From an uncultured Acidimicrobiia bacterium (GTDB lineage: Bacteria > Actinomycetota > Acidimicrobiia > Spongiisociales > ZC4RG35): a stretch of 64,000 nucleotides of DNA. The translations under genes and the position numbers were made by a program. Shown piece by piece: positions 18,293 to 28,589 of the stretch. The first letter of the stretch is position 1; the number at the start of each line of letters is the position of its first letter. The notes under the pieces are model-generated. The model saw only the letters and a list, made by a program, of their open reading frames with translations, was not told the origin of the DNA and did not search any database. The DNA lies in contig CAVUUV010000004.1 in the NCBI GenBank assembly GCA_963744905.1, positions 102,360 to 166,359 of the forward strand, in the 5' to 3' direction.

Positions 18293-18923
18293 TCAGCGGG
18301 ACCGGAGGGTGTCGAGGCCCGGTCCCTGGAGGTCGTCGAGGGCGACGCGTCGCCCACAGGTGGCCATTAGCAGCGCCTCGGCGGGACCACGCACCTCCGG
18401 GCCCTCGCCATGGGACCAGTCCGTGTCAGTCGCCACGAGCCGGAGACCGGCGATACGGTCCTTGTTGCCCAGAACTGATCCGGTGCGGACCATCGACCAG
18501 AGGGCGCGAACCGTCCTCTCGACGGGTGGAACCCTGTCTATCGCCAGAGGCCGGCGCATGTCCTGGCCATGAACGATCGCCTCCGCAAGGAGTCCCGCGG
18601 GCGTAGTGCCGGGTAGGACGACGGCGGCTCACGGCGGACTCTCTCAGCCGCCCCGCCAGATCCCGAGGGCTCGCATCGTCACCGACTCGAATGGAGAGCC
18701 GCCGGCTGGCACGATTGAAGTCGAATCCCGATCTGATCAGGTAGGCCAGGAACCTGGAAACACCCCCGCCTTCGGCTCCCATCACCACGTGGGCGAAGAC
18801 GTGACGGACCTTCCAGCCGTCGCACAGCGACGGCGCATCCCACTGCGTGTCTGACAGCGACTCGCCGAGGTCGGCCAGATCTTCACGCTCTGCGACGACC
18901 GCCTCCCAATCGTCCATCTTCAT
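18293..18923 (-). CDS. DinB_2 / mycothiol-dependent maleylpyruvate-isomerase-N-terminal-domain family protein (TIGR03083-like), apparent frameshift near 18625
   Basis: The N-terminal ORF (…WDAPSLCDGWKVRHVFAHVV…) and the C-terminal ORF (…EAIVHGQDM…RLVATDTDWSHGEGPEVRGPAEALLMA…) lie in different frames. Together they span the family. Confidence 0.55.
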
Positions 18924-18926
18924 ACC

Positions 18927-19292
18927 CTAATGAAGGAGCCACAGGTCAGGCCCGGCTGAGGGATGGCGCACACGGCGGCATTTGATCCGGCTCCAAGCCC
19001 CTGGAGCGCCCAGCTCGTCGATGCCAAGACCAAGCCTCATCACACGACCCGGGAGCCGATTCTCACCCCGTGACGCATGACCGACAGCTCCCAGCCACTC
19101 GATGGCATCTGGCCGCTCGACCACTTCCAGCCGACCATGGGCGAGACCGACAGGCCGAGACCGCCGGAGCAGTCGGGTCCGGCGAGAGGACCACGGACTA
19201 TTGCCGACCAGCCAGCCGATGTAACCGATGAAATCCTGACAGAGATCCCGGCCCAAGGGGCATGTGCGGAGGGTAGCTGGCTCCCCGCTCAC
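18927..19292 (-). CDS. Hypothetical protein
   Basis: It is tightly packed between two minus-strand genes with 4-nt overlaps. I see no recognisable motif, so it may be non-coding. Confidence 0.25.
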   Translation of the reverse strand: MSGEPATLRTCPLGRDLCQDFIGYIGWLVGNSPWSSRRTRLLRRSRPVGLAHGRLEVVERPDAIEWLGAVGHASRGENRLPGRVMRLGLGIDELGAPGAWSRIKCRRVRHPSAGPDLWLLH

Positions 19293-20497
19293 TCTGTGTG
19301 GTCATGCACCCACACGCCCACAGCCGAGGGACGCATCGCCTCGCCCACCACGGCCACCGCTTCTCCGATCAACTGGTTGACATCTGTGCCTTCCCGGAGA
19401 TGATCTCCAAACCGATCGACTACCCGCTGGGCGTCGTACTGGGACCGATAGAAGCGACGGTCCACCCAGACCAACAGCCGGCGGCGCAAAGGATTGAACA
19501 ATGCTGCCACCACCAGAGTCGACCCGGCCACGAACAGAGGAGGCTGCTCCCCCATCAGCCGGATGGGCAGCCACACGGCACCCACCACGTAGACCGAACC
19601 CAGGGCCACGATCACCAGGGCATAACCCACGGTGCGCGAGATGATCCGGTCGATGTCGTACAGGCGGTATTTCGCCACCGCAAAACCGATCGACAGCCAC
19701 ACCCCACTCAGAGTCACGGCGAGGGCCCAGGCCGCCAGGTCGGTCCCGATGAACCGAAGGTTGAGGACGGTGAAGAGGAAGTCGGCGACGAAGGGGACGG
19801 CGGCGAGGGTGAACCATTTCAACTGGGCGCGCTGGACCCCGGTCGATCGACGCCAGCGCAGCACCGCCGCGATCACCGCCGGGATGGTGAGGAGGAAGAG
19901 ACCGACGTTGAGCGTTGCCAAAACTGAGCCGTCCGGGCCAGGGATGCCCCACGGGTTGGTCACATAACGTGAACAGTCGACGCCGCCTTCACCCACCGAC
20001 ACGACGCACACCCGGTTCTGGAACACCACTCCGAGGAAAGCCAGCAACATGAAGAACATGGCGGCCCGAGCCACCCACCCAGACCATCGGCTGATGGCGA
20101 CGCCGTCGGGAAACCAGATCGGCAACAGGATGAGGAGAGCGGTCAGGAGACCACTGAACGCCATCTCGCCGGCGATCTCAGCGATCATGGCAAACAACGG
20201 GTGGCCGTTGGCGACCCCCCAGTCCCGGACCAGTGCATAGGCACCCACCACCGTGAAGCTCAGTACCGCCACCAGGACCACCGGGCCGATGTTGTTGTCC
20301 GGCACTCTGATGCACAGGAACAATCCCACGCCCAGGCCCAACAGGCTCGGGATCAGACTCATCGGCTGAGTGTTCACCGATGACGTGATTCCAACGAAGA
20401 TCAAGAACCCCGAAACCGTCAGGATGCCGAACGAAAGCACCCAGCCGATCAGCGCCCGGATTCTCACGGCACTCTCACCGGAGGACGGGCTGTGCAC
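19289..20497 (-). CDS. Polytopic membrane protein resembling the N-terminal sensor region of histidine kinases, with no kinase domain
   Basis: About eight TM helices are predicted. The C-terminal …RRFYRSQYDAQRVVDRF… segment is typical of the start of the cytoplasmic part of sensor kinases. The ORF terminates before any HisKA/HATPase domain. Confidence 0.6.
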   Translation of the reverse strand: MHSPSSGESAVRIRALIGWVLSFGILTVSGFLIFVGITSSVNTQPMSLIPSLLGLGVGLFLCIRVPDNNIGPVVLVAVLSFTVVGAYALVRDWGVANGHPLFAMIAEIAGEMAFSGLLTALLILLPIWFPDGVAISRWSGWVARAAMFFMLLAFLGVVFQNRVCVVSVGEGGVDCSRYVTNPWGIPGPDGSVLATLNVGLFLLTIPAVIAAVLRWRRSTGVQRAQLKWFTLAAVPFVADFLFTVLNLRFIGTDLAAWALAVTLSGVWLSIGFAVAKYRLYDIDRIISRTVGYALVIVALGSVYVVGAVWLPIRLMGEQPPLFVAGSTLVVAALFNPLRRRLLVWVDRRFYRSQYDAQRVVDRFGDHLREGTDVNQLIGEAVAVVGEAMRPSAVGVWVHDHTE

Positions 20498-20556
20498 CGG
20501 GACCTCACCTCGTGTCGTCGGACCCGAGTAGCCATGGCGTCATGCTGGCAGCCATT

Positions 20557-20574
20557 CGTTACGAAAACGTAACG
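20557..20574. promoter_or_regulatory. Perfect palindrome CGTTACG-aaaa-CGTAACG between convergent/tandem genes
   Basis: A 7-bp inverted repeat with a 4-nt spacer lies 60 nt upstream of the start of the membrane-protein gene. It could be an operator or the terminator of the SnoaL gene. Confidence 0.3.
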
Positions 20575-20813
20575 CCGACCTTCCCCGTCGTTCTGGCCGG
20601 CCAGATATCGTGACGGACCGGCTCGTACCCGAGCGGAGCAGCCCGATATTCGCCTAGACCTTGCGCCTAGACCCTTCGCTGGTCTTCGCCCCATGGGATG
20701 GCCGGATACATCGGGGCCCGGGCCACGGCGCTGGCCTGACTACCCGGGCAGCCACAGACGGAGCCGGCATCGCCATCACCTATGCGGGATCGGGTGGGGC
20801 GGTCGCCCGGCGG

Positions 20814-21245
20814 CTATTCGCTCGCCTGGAACCCCCAGATCTCCTCCAGGGCGTGCTGATCGGCTATGTAGTCGCGGATGAAGACGGCTCGACCATGTCG
20901 AATCGTGATCGAGGTGACCCCGTCGAACCCGAACCATCTTCCCTGACGGTCTTCCTCATCCAGATGCCACTCGACGAGAACCGAGTTGCTCGACCCCATG
21001 GCCAGGCCGTTCTCGGCCGCAATCTTCTTGATGGTGAACCGCCTCGAGGGCATCTGGCTGAACCAGGCTCCGTACCAGGATCTGATGGCGTCGGCGCCCC
21101 TGTGGCTCCCCGAGACGACGGTTCGCCCGGGGAACTCGAACACGGCGTCGTCCGAGACCCCTGACATGAAGGTCGCCAGGTCCCCGCGGTTCAGGGCCGC
21201 AAAGCTGCGTCGCGTCGCTCTCATGGCCAGAGCCGCTCCGATCAT
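20814..21245 (-). CDS. SnoaL-like / NTF2-family protein
   Basis: 143 aa with the typical NTF2-like α+β pattern (…DDAVFEFPG… and …FTIKKIAAENG…). Confidence 0.65.
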   Translation of the reverse strand: MIGAALAMRATRRSFAALNRGDLATFMSGVSDDAVFEFPGRTVVSGSHRGADAIRSWYGAWFSQMPSRRFTIKKIAAENGLAMGSSNSVLVEWHLDEEDRQGRWFGFDGVTSITIRHGRAVFIRDYIADQHALEEIWGFQASE

Positions 21246-21709
21246 GACGATTCCCCCGACGTAGCGGTGCGCCCAACGGATGGTGTCTCAGCTGCGATGT
21301 CCGCATCCAATGGATTCAAGGCGAATACAGGGTGACGACCGGCCTCCTCGAGGTCGTTTTCGGAAGGAAAGTGACGTTTGGTCATGCCCGCCGTCATCCG
21401 CCGATATCGCCCGATCACGTCGCCAGCGCGCTCCCGGTCGGAAACCTCGGTCAGACTGACCTCCTGTATGACCTTGCCGCGAGTGAGGGTGCCCTGCCCC
21501 GAGGCCCGAACGTTGGCCACCCAGGCCGACGTCGGCACCTGGGCCACCAACCACCTGCGGGGTCCGTCGCTTACGACGGCCACCGGCACCTCGTGCATCT
21601 CCCCCGTATGGCGACCCGCCACACCCAGCAGGTGGACGAAGGAGTAGCCCATCCCCCGGCGCGCCATCGAGCCTGCGATGCGATCCAGAATCGGTTGCAT
21701 TCGTCTCAT
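21242..21709 (-). CDS. Nitroreductase-family deazaflavin-dependent oxidoreductase-like (DUF385-type)
   Basis: …PTSAWVANVRASGQGTL… resembles the DUF385 core. Confidence 0.5.
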   Translation of the reverse strand: MRRMQPILDRIAGSMARRGMGYSFVHLLGVAGRHTGEMHEVPVAVVSDGPRRWLVAQVPTSAWVANVRASGQGTLTRGKVIQEVSLTEVSDRERAGDVIGRYRRMTAGMTKRHFPSENDLEEAGRHPVFALNPLDADIAAETPSVGRTATSGESS

Positions 21710-21805
21710 GACAGCCTCCTTGATCTAGACAGTGTCAATATAGAAATCAAACTTTACGCTGTCAAGATCGGTTTACAGTCGGTCTGTCATGCATGATGAG
21801 TACTA
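21710..21805. promoter_or_regulatory. Divergent promoter/operator region between the DUF385 gene and the TetR gene
   Basis: The region is AT-richer than its surroundings. It holds reiterated TGTCA/TGACA half-sites (TGACAG…AGACAGTGTCA…CGCTGTCA…GGTCTGTCA). Confidence 0.4.
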
Positions 21806-22416
21806 ATGGCAACGCGAGGTAGGCGATACCACCACGGCAACCTGCGACAGGTGCTGCTCGAGACGGTAGGGGCGACGATCCGCCGGGACGGGCTGGAGGC
21901 AGTCACCCTGCGCGAAGTTGCCAGGCGCGCCGGGGTGTCCCATGCCGCTCCGGCCCACCACTTCACAGTCTCCGCGGGCTCCTGACCAGCTTCGCCATCG
22001 CTGGATACGACCTACTCACGGACCAATTCGAGTCCACCCTGGCTCGGCTGGAGGGTGAGAACACCACCCCGCTGGAGACCTCCCACGAACTGGGCGTGAC
22101 CTACGTACGATTCGCCGTTGACCGGCGCGAGTACTTCGAGGTCATGTATCGCCACGAGCTGCTCGACACCCGGGACCCGGCGTTCGTCCAGGCCCGTGAT
22201 CGGTCAGGCGAGTACCTGATGCGGGCCGTCGATGCGGGCCGCCAGGCGGGATGGGCGACGGACGCAGATCCCAAGTCCGCCGCCCTTGCCGCCTGGTCCG
22301 TCGTCCACGGCCTGGCGTCCCTGTGGGTCACCGAAACCCTGGCCGATCGCCTCGCCGGCCGTGATGTCGACGAACTCGCCCGGGCCGTGCTGCGCATCAC
22401 CATCGCTCCTCGTTGA
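21806..22416 (+). CDS. TetR-family transcriptional regulator (apparent frameshift near 21963)
   Basis: The HTH segment GLEAVTLREVARRAGVSHAAPAHHF is followed, after a 1-nt shift, by …GLLTSFAIAGYDLL… and then the TetR_C region (ORF 22096–22416). Confidence 0.6.
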
Positions 22417-22449
22417 GACAAGCGACCCCGCCATAGCGGGCGTAGTGGT

Positions 22450-23227
22450 CAAGTCGGCTCGACGAGTTGAGAGGTCGCTAACGGAATCGAGCCCGTGATA
22501 TGTCTGATAATCGATCTCTCTTAGCCAGATTTCCCTTCCGGAGATACAGCTCATCCGCTTGGGCAATGACGGCTCGAGCTGCCTCTTCCAGACCTGAGGT
22601 GCTCAACGTCCTCGCCAGATGGACGTGCAGGTCAGCGCGGAAGTCCACCATGGCGTCGGGAACCAGGTCTATGGCCGATTGGGCGAGTTGAATTGCGTTG
22701 TCGGCCTTCCCCCCGGCCGGCCAAGGCCAGGGCTTGCGTCGATCGCCACAGGGCCTGTGGCACCACCCTCTGTGAAGGTGCCTTGTCTCGACTCAGTTCA
22801 GCCATCTCGGCGGCCTCATCGAGATCTCCCTTCTGGGACAAGACCCTTGCCAGCAGGGCGGCCGCCTCTGATGCCTCTCTCGAATCCCCATGTCCAGATC
22901 CAGTCGGAGGGCCCGCCTCAGTGCATCCCCGGCGGCGTCGAGCTCACCGGCAAGTGTCTCCACCTCGGCACGCCGCTTGCCGAGCAGCGTCAGGGGACGG
23001 CGGGCCTGGGCGTGCTCCTTCAAGACGACTTCAGCGCGGTCGACCATCTGGCGAGCTCGTTCGAACTGACCGTTCATCGCATGCAGACAGCCAAGGATCG
23101 GCAATACCGCTGCGCTCTGCTCACCCCGCCAAAGGGCTAACTCCTCACATTCCTCGATGCATTGCGGTACGGGCATTGGACCTTCCTCCAGTGAGGTGGC
23201 CAGCATCCGGCGGGCGCCAAGTTGCAT
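22450..23227 (-). pseudogene. Remnant of the TPR region of a regulator (multiple frameshifts, no N-terminus)
   Basis: TPR-like helical repeats are readable across three frames (…GKADNAIQLAQSAIDLVPD…, …EAAALLARVLSQKGDLDEAAEMA…, …ALWRGEQSAAVLPILGCLHAMNGQFERARQMV…). One frame switch coincides with a C6 homopolymer at 22711. Confidence 0.45.
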
Positions 23228-23280
23228 CTGTCATCCCCAAGGGAATGAGACCAAGGCTCGACTCTGCTAGATGAGAGCGA

Positions 23281-24736
23281 TCACCCATTCGCGTCTCCGA
23301 TTCTGACCCACGGCTGCGATGTGGCGACAGCGTTGGCTGCTGCCCAATCCGGGTACGTACTTACAACGGTGAGGAGCAGGTCACCGTTGGCGTTGGTCCT
23401 CCATCTGTACACGTCAGTCACGCCGTTGGGCCAGGCGATGGTCAGCCGATCACCTTCGATCGTGTAGTCGCCGGCCTGTTCGAACGATCCTTCAAAGGCG
23501 GGAGAAGTGTGGACGAAGCTGACCGTGCCATGTGAGAAGGTCCACGTGTAAATCCCCGCCAATATCGAGATCTTCTCTGGATAGTCGGTCTCGTCGGCTC
23601 CCCCCGCTCGGTATTGATCCTCGGTGGTCTCGAATCGGTAGACGCCGTCGATGACACCGTCTGCCGTGACATGATCTGATTGACCGCCGCACGGGACGGG
23701 GGCTACGGCTGACACCTGCGAAGTACGCTTCAGTTCGGCGATGCGGTCGATCAACGACTTGGTGAGCTCGTCGCTCAGCAAATCCGCGTAGACGGAGGCT
23801 GTGGCTGCCTCCAGGGCTGTCAGGTCGCCCTCACCAGCCAGCACCACAGCCTGGCCAGTAATGCAAAACCGGAGGGCGGCGACGGCATCGCTCGGCGTGT
23901 TTTCGATCGACCACGTGCGAGTTTCGGCGGCTGCCTGTTGGAGAATCGAGCGTTTGTCGTTGTCGAGCCCGGCGAACACTCCGGCGTTGACGACGAGCGA
24001 GTTCACCTTTGGATAGAAGGTGACGTTGCCGGTCGCTGTCCCGGAAGGATCAAGCCGATATTCCGACTCCATGCCCGCCTGGGTGGATTCATCGATCTCG
24101 TCGTCGGTGACAGTGGCCCCCAACGAGGTGAATATCGCCTCAGTGATAGCCGAGGTTGGGGTTCGTATCGTCTTCCCTGAGTAGTCTGCTGGGCCGAGAA
24201 ACGGCTTCGAGAATCCGAACGGGTGACGCAGTCCCTCGGGTAGGAGGGCGAGGCCCACGATCCCTATCTGGTCGAGCCCGGACAGCAAGTCGTCGGCCAG
24301 GTCGCTGTCGATGACCTCGGCGACGAGCGTCCGTTGTTACGAGAAACGGCGCGTTCAAGGCCCGCAGGCTTGTTACGCCTTCGGTGTCCCAGGCCCTCGC
24401 AGGGATGTTTCCCATCTCGAGATCGCCATCGACAACCATGTGGGCCACCTTCTGATCCCAGTCGGACAACCCGGTTCCGGCGGCATGCCACACCGGTTTG
24501 ACAGTGATAGTGCCCTCCGACAGCTGCGCGACCCTACGGGCGAACTCCTCGACCTGGTCACTGGCCGGCCGCCCCTGGCCGTCGTCGGTCCCCATCCTGA
24601 GGACCAGCGGTGGCGCGGCACCACCTGCTTTGCTGACCCCGGCACCCTTGCTGCAGGCGCTCATGGTCAACACGACGGCCAAGGCTCCGATCGCCACTCT
24701 GCCGAGCTTGCTCATTGGTGTCCTCCACGTGTCCAC
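23281..24736 (-). CDS. DctP-family (TRAP-type) solute-binding lipoprotein with C-terminal extension, apparent frameshift near 24335
   Basis: A lipobox (LTMSACS) is followed by DctP-like N-terminal motifs. After a frame switch the protein continues …LLSGLDQIGIVGLALLPEGLRHPFGFSKP…. No DctQ/DctM genes are nearby. Confidence 0.6.
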
Positions 24737-25045
24737 CGCGCCACCGCGAATCTATGAAGAAGGAGGAGGCGTGACATCGTGGCTAGTCTCACTCGGCGCT
24801 CAACTGACCGTTGTGGGTGGCCACAATTTCAGGCCCGATCACGACCACTCCCAGAGAATACAACCGGTGAGATAGGCGGATGCTGCCTCAACGACATGAT
24901 TGCCGTGTCGCGGACACCATGGATTGTCCGGGGGAGACTGAGGCAGCGGTCGACAACAGCGCTGGGGGCTGATGGCACCAGAGGTGCGATGGGCATGAAA
25001 CGGGGCGGTGCGCGCTAGCCGCAGGCCGCCACGTACGCTTCGGAC

Positions 25046-26506
25046 ATGAAACTCGCCGTCGCCGGAGCCACCGGATACATCGGCAGCCGGCTGGTGCCGC
25101 GGCTGCTCGCCGCCGGCCACCAGGTGGTTTGCCTGGCTCGCACCCCGGCCAAGCTCGACGACCGACCCTGGCGCGACAAGGTCGAGGTACGTGCCTGCGA
25201 CGTCCTCGTTGCCGAGGAGGTCGAGCAGGCGCTAGAGGGTTGCGACGCCGCCTACTTCCTGATCCACTCGATGGGGGAACATGCGGACTTCGCCGACGCC
25301 GATCGTGCCGCCGCCGAGAACTTCGCCCGGGGGGCGGAAGCCAACCGGCTCCAACGGATCGTTTACCTAGGTGGCCTCGGCCGCGCCGGGGACCTGTCCG
25401 ATCACCTCGCCAGCCGTCAAGAGGTGGGCCACGTTCTGGCCCAGGGCGCCACCCCCGTCACCGAGTTGAGGGCCAGCGTCGTCATCGGCGCCGGATCGGT
25501 CTCCTTCGAGATGCTGCGCTACCTGACCGAGGTGCTGCCGGTGATGGTCACCCCACGCTGGGTGGAGACCAGGACCCAGCCGATCGCCATCCGCGACGTT
25601 CTCTCCTACCTCGTGGCAGTCCTCGACGACCACGGGGGATCTGTCGTCTACGAGATCGGCGGCCCCGATGTCATCACGTACCGGGAGATGATGCAGTTGT
25701 ACGCCGATGTGGCGGGGCTGCGCCGCCGGATCATCATTCCGGTCCCCGTCCTGACCCCTCGGCTCTCATCGCTGTGGGTGGGGCTCGTAACCCCACTCCC
25801 CTCGGGGGTGGCGCGCCCGCTGGTCGATTCGCTCCGCAACGAGGTCGTCGTCACCGACCATGCCGCCGCCAAGTTCGGCGTGGAGGTGCTCGCTCTCAGG
25901 GAGGGGATCGAGCACGCCCTGGACCGGGACACCCGCTTCGACGTCCCCAGTCGCTGGTCCGACGCCAGTTCCAGCCCGGCCCGGCCCTTCCCCTCCGACC
26001 CCGAATGGGCGGGGGGCAGCCTTATGGAGGACCGCCAGACGGTCCCCACCTACGCCAGGCCCGCAGACCTGTTCTGGGCTTTCTCCCGGGTCGGGGGGAC
26101 AGTCGGCTACTACACCCTCGACTGGGCGTGGAGGTTTCGGGGCCTGCTCGACACCCTGGTGGGAGGGGTCGGACTGCGCCGGGGCCGGCGTCACCCCCAG
26201 GAGGTGCGGCTCCACGACACCATCGACTTCTGGCGAGTGTCGTCCGTCGCCCCCGACGACCACCTCGAGCTCTCCGCAGAGATGCGCCTCCCCGGCGAGG
26301 CGTGGCTGGAGTGGCGGGTCCGGAGTGACGGCGACCAGACATTCCTCGACCAGACCGCCCGCTTCCGGCCCCGGGGACTGGCCGGTCGCCTCTACTGGTA
26401 TGCCATGTTCCCGTTCCACCGCATGATCTTCGGTCGCATGGCCCGCCGGATCACCGCCGCGGCCGAGGCGCACTCCCCCGCCAAGACCTGGAAACCACTC
26501 AGCTAG
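25046..26506 (+). CDS. NAD(P)H-binding SDR/NmrA-like domain fused to DUF2867
   Basis: An N-terminal Rossmann motif (VAGATGYIGSRLVPRLL) is present. The C-terminal 150 aa are typical of DUF2867. Confidence 0.75.
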   Translation: MKLAVAGATGYIGSRLVPRLLAAGHQVVCLARTPAKLDDRPWRDKVEVRACDVLVAEEVEQALEGCDAAYFLIHSMGEHADFADADRAAAENFARGAEANRLQRIVYLGGLGRAGDLSDHLASRQEVGHVLAQGATPVTELRASVVIGAGSVSFEMLRYLTEVLPVMVTPRWVETRTQPIAIRDVLSYLVAVLDDHGGSVVYEIGGPDVITYREMMQLYADVAGLRRRIIIPVPVLTPRLSSLWVGLVTPLPSGVARPLVDSLRNEVVVTDHAAAKFGVEVLALREGIEHALDRDTRFDVPSRWSDASSSPARPFPSDPEWAGGSLMEDRQTVPTYARPADLFWAFSRVGGTVGYYTLDWAWRFRGLLDTLVGGVGLRRGRRHPQEVRLHDTIDFWRVSSVAPDDHLELSAEMRLPGEAWLEWRVRSDGDQTFLDQTARFRPRGLAGRLYWYAMFPFHRMIFGRMARRITAAAEAHSPAKTWKPLS

Positions 26507-26621
26507 GGGGTCCGCCTGGTGCTCGACACGATTCCGGCTACCGGCTACGTCGTCTACGGTCTGAGCCGTTTCCTGCCGCCTGCCGTCCATATTCAATGGT
26601 AAGAAGAATCAGGAGGATTTC

Positions 26622-27183
26622 ATGGCCGACCTCATCTACGCCATCAGCGCGTCACTCGACGGCTTTATCGCCGACGAGAACGGCAACTTCGACTGGTCGT
26701 ACCCATCTGAGGACACCCATGCCTTCTTCAACGACCTCCAGCGATCGGTGGGCACCTTCCTTTGCGGCCGTCGCATGTATGAGACGATGAGGGTGTGGGA
26801 CACACTTCTCCTCGACGACCTCCCCGACGTAGAACGCGAGTTCGCCGAGGCGTGGCGGGATACCGACAAGGTCGTCTACTCATCCACTCTGGATACCGTG
26901 CCGGAAGCGCGGACCCGTATGGAGCGGACGTTCGACCTCGAAGTGGTACAGAACATGAAGGACAAAGCCGACCGCGACCTGTCCATCGGTGGCGCCGGCC
27001 TCGCTGCTGAGGCCATAAGGGCAGGCCTCGTCGACCGGTATCTACTGCGCCTGGTCCCGACGATCGTCGGTGGGGGCACCTCTGCCCTTCCCGATGCAAC
27101 GAGCGATCGACCTCGCTCTCCACACGACTCGTCGCTTCGACGATGGCTCCGTTCTGCTCGAGTATGGCCGCCGAGGAGCCTGA
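26622..27183 (+). CDS. Dihydrofolate-reductase-family protein (RibD C-terminal domain-like), apparent frameshift near 27095
   Basis: The N-terminal motif is …LIYAISASLDGFIADENG…. The canonical C-terminus …RAIDLALHTTRRFDDGSVLLEYGRRGA* is readable in the +1 frame, ending at 27183. Confidence 0.65.
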
Positions 27184-27372
27184 AGGACCGAGGCAACACG
27201 GAAGCTCGGCAAACTGACCAGAACCCTCCACCACGCGTTTCACCACCATTCGCAGTGTCGCCAAGGAGAATCTGGCATCCGTTGGACCGGTGCACGACTG
27301 CCCTCAGCCCTTCCAGGTTTGACAGGTATGGTCGACGGGTAGGCCGCCGAACGACATGCGAAGGAGGGTTTC

Positions 27373-27810
27373 ATGCCATCAACCGACTATGTCGCCGAAG
27401 CCACCATCGAAATACGGTCGACGCCCGAAGACGTGTGGGATGCGCTGACCGAGCCCGAACGGATCCAGAAGTACATGTTCGGCACCCGGGTGGAAACGGA
27501 CTGGAATGTCGGCAGCCCAATCGCCTGGAAGGGCGAATGGCAGGGAAAGCAGTACGAGGACAAGGGCAAAATCCTCGTCTTCGACCCGGAACGAGAGCTC
27601 AGCTACAGCCACTACAGCCCTCTGACCGGCGCCCCTGACGTTCCAGAGAACTACCACACCGTCACCATCAAGCTCACCTCTGACGATGGTGTAACGAATG
27701 TCACACTCACTCAGGACAACAACGACACCGAAGAAGCCAGAGACCACTCCCAACGGAACTGGTCAACCATGCTGCAGGCGCTGAAGGAACATGTAGAAGC
27801 CGGCTACTGA
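27373..27810 (+). CDS. SRPBCC-family protein (AHSA1/Aha1-like)
   Basis: 145 aa. The …PEDVWDALTEPERIQKYMFG… pattern matches the family. Confidence 0.75.
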   Translation: MPSTDYVAEATIEIRSTPEDVWDALTEPERIQKYMFGTRVETDWNVGSPIAWKGEWQGKQYEDKGKILVFDPERELSYSHYSPLTGAPDVPENYHTVTIKLTSDDGVTNVTLTQDNNDTEEARDHSQRNWSTMLQALKEHVEAGY

Positions 27811-27819
27811 CACCGGGCA

Positions 27820-27854
27820 CTGAGTACCCCGCCCCGCAATCACGCTGACGTTTC
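27820..27854. repeat. Repeat family B, copy 3 (reverse orientation)
   Basis: Its reverse complement is GAAACGTCAGCGTGATTGCGGGGCGGGGTACTCAG. It sits in a convergent intergenic region. Confidence 0.55.
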
Positions 27855-28009
27855 GATGGTCGGCGAACGCCGTTTGCCACGTCCTTGTCCCCGACGGACC
27901 GCCCCGGCGACGCAGGCGACCACGACCTCCCGTGCGGGTCGAGCCATGCGCCGCGTTGTAGAACTCGAAGTCCGTGAGTTGCCCGCTCGCCCTCGTGGGT
28001 GCCGAACGC

Positions 28010-28456
28010 CTACGACACGGCGGCCTTCACCATGGCGGAAACCCTCTTCTCGACCGTCGGGGTCCATTCGGTGAGGGCGTACGATGTTGGCCACATCGGA
28101 CCGTCGTCGAGGTTGGCGGCCTCCTCGAACCCGAGCGTCGCGTAGCGAGACTTGAACTTGCCGGCGTCCTTGAAGAAGACGACAACCTTGCCGTCCTCGT
28201 TGGCGTAGGCCGGCATGCCGTACCAGGTCTTGGGCGACAACTCGGGAGCGGTGGAGGTCACGGTGGCATGCACGCGCTCGGCGAGGATGCGGTCCTCGGG
28301 GGCCATCGCGGCGATACTGTCGAGCGCCGCCTGGAGGGCATCGGCCATTTTGGCGCCCTTCTTCCCCTCGGCGCGCAGCTCGGCGGCCCGCTGCTTCATG
28401 GCGGCACGCTCTTCGGCGCTGAACCCACCCGATTCGTTCTCTGTCGACATGGCCAC
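28010..28456 (-). CDS. DUF1801 (YdhG-like) domain protein
   Basis: …WYGMPAYANEDGKVVVFFK… matches the DUF1801 core. Confidence 0.7.
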   Translation of the reverse strand: MAMSTENESGGFSAEERAAMKQRAAELRAEGKKGAKMADALQAALDSIAAMAPEDRILAERVHATVTSTAPELSPKTWYGMPAYANEDGKVVVFFKDAGKFKSRYATLGFEEAANLDDGPMWPTSYALTEWTPTVEKRVSAMVKAAVS

Positions 28457-28589
28457 TCCTCTCTTCTTGCTTGGCTCGGAACACGCTATGTCTCCACAAA
28501 ACGCTACGGCCGACCCAAGGGAATCGCTTCTCGATTCCTGCTCTGTTGCCGGCCGAACCTGACCGAACCGCGCCGAGTCGACACCAAAG

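Noticed and set aside
18927-19403. Choice between the minus-strand ORF 18927–19292 and the overlapping plus-strand ORF 19077–19403
   Set aside because: Neither has recognisable motifs. The minus-strand ORF is kept at low confidence only because it is packed with 4-nt overlaps between two minus-strand genes. The plus-strand ORF is rejected as antisense.
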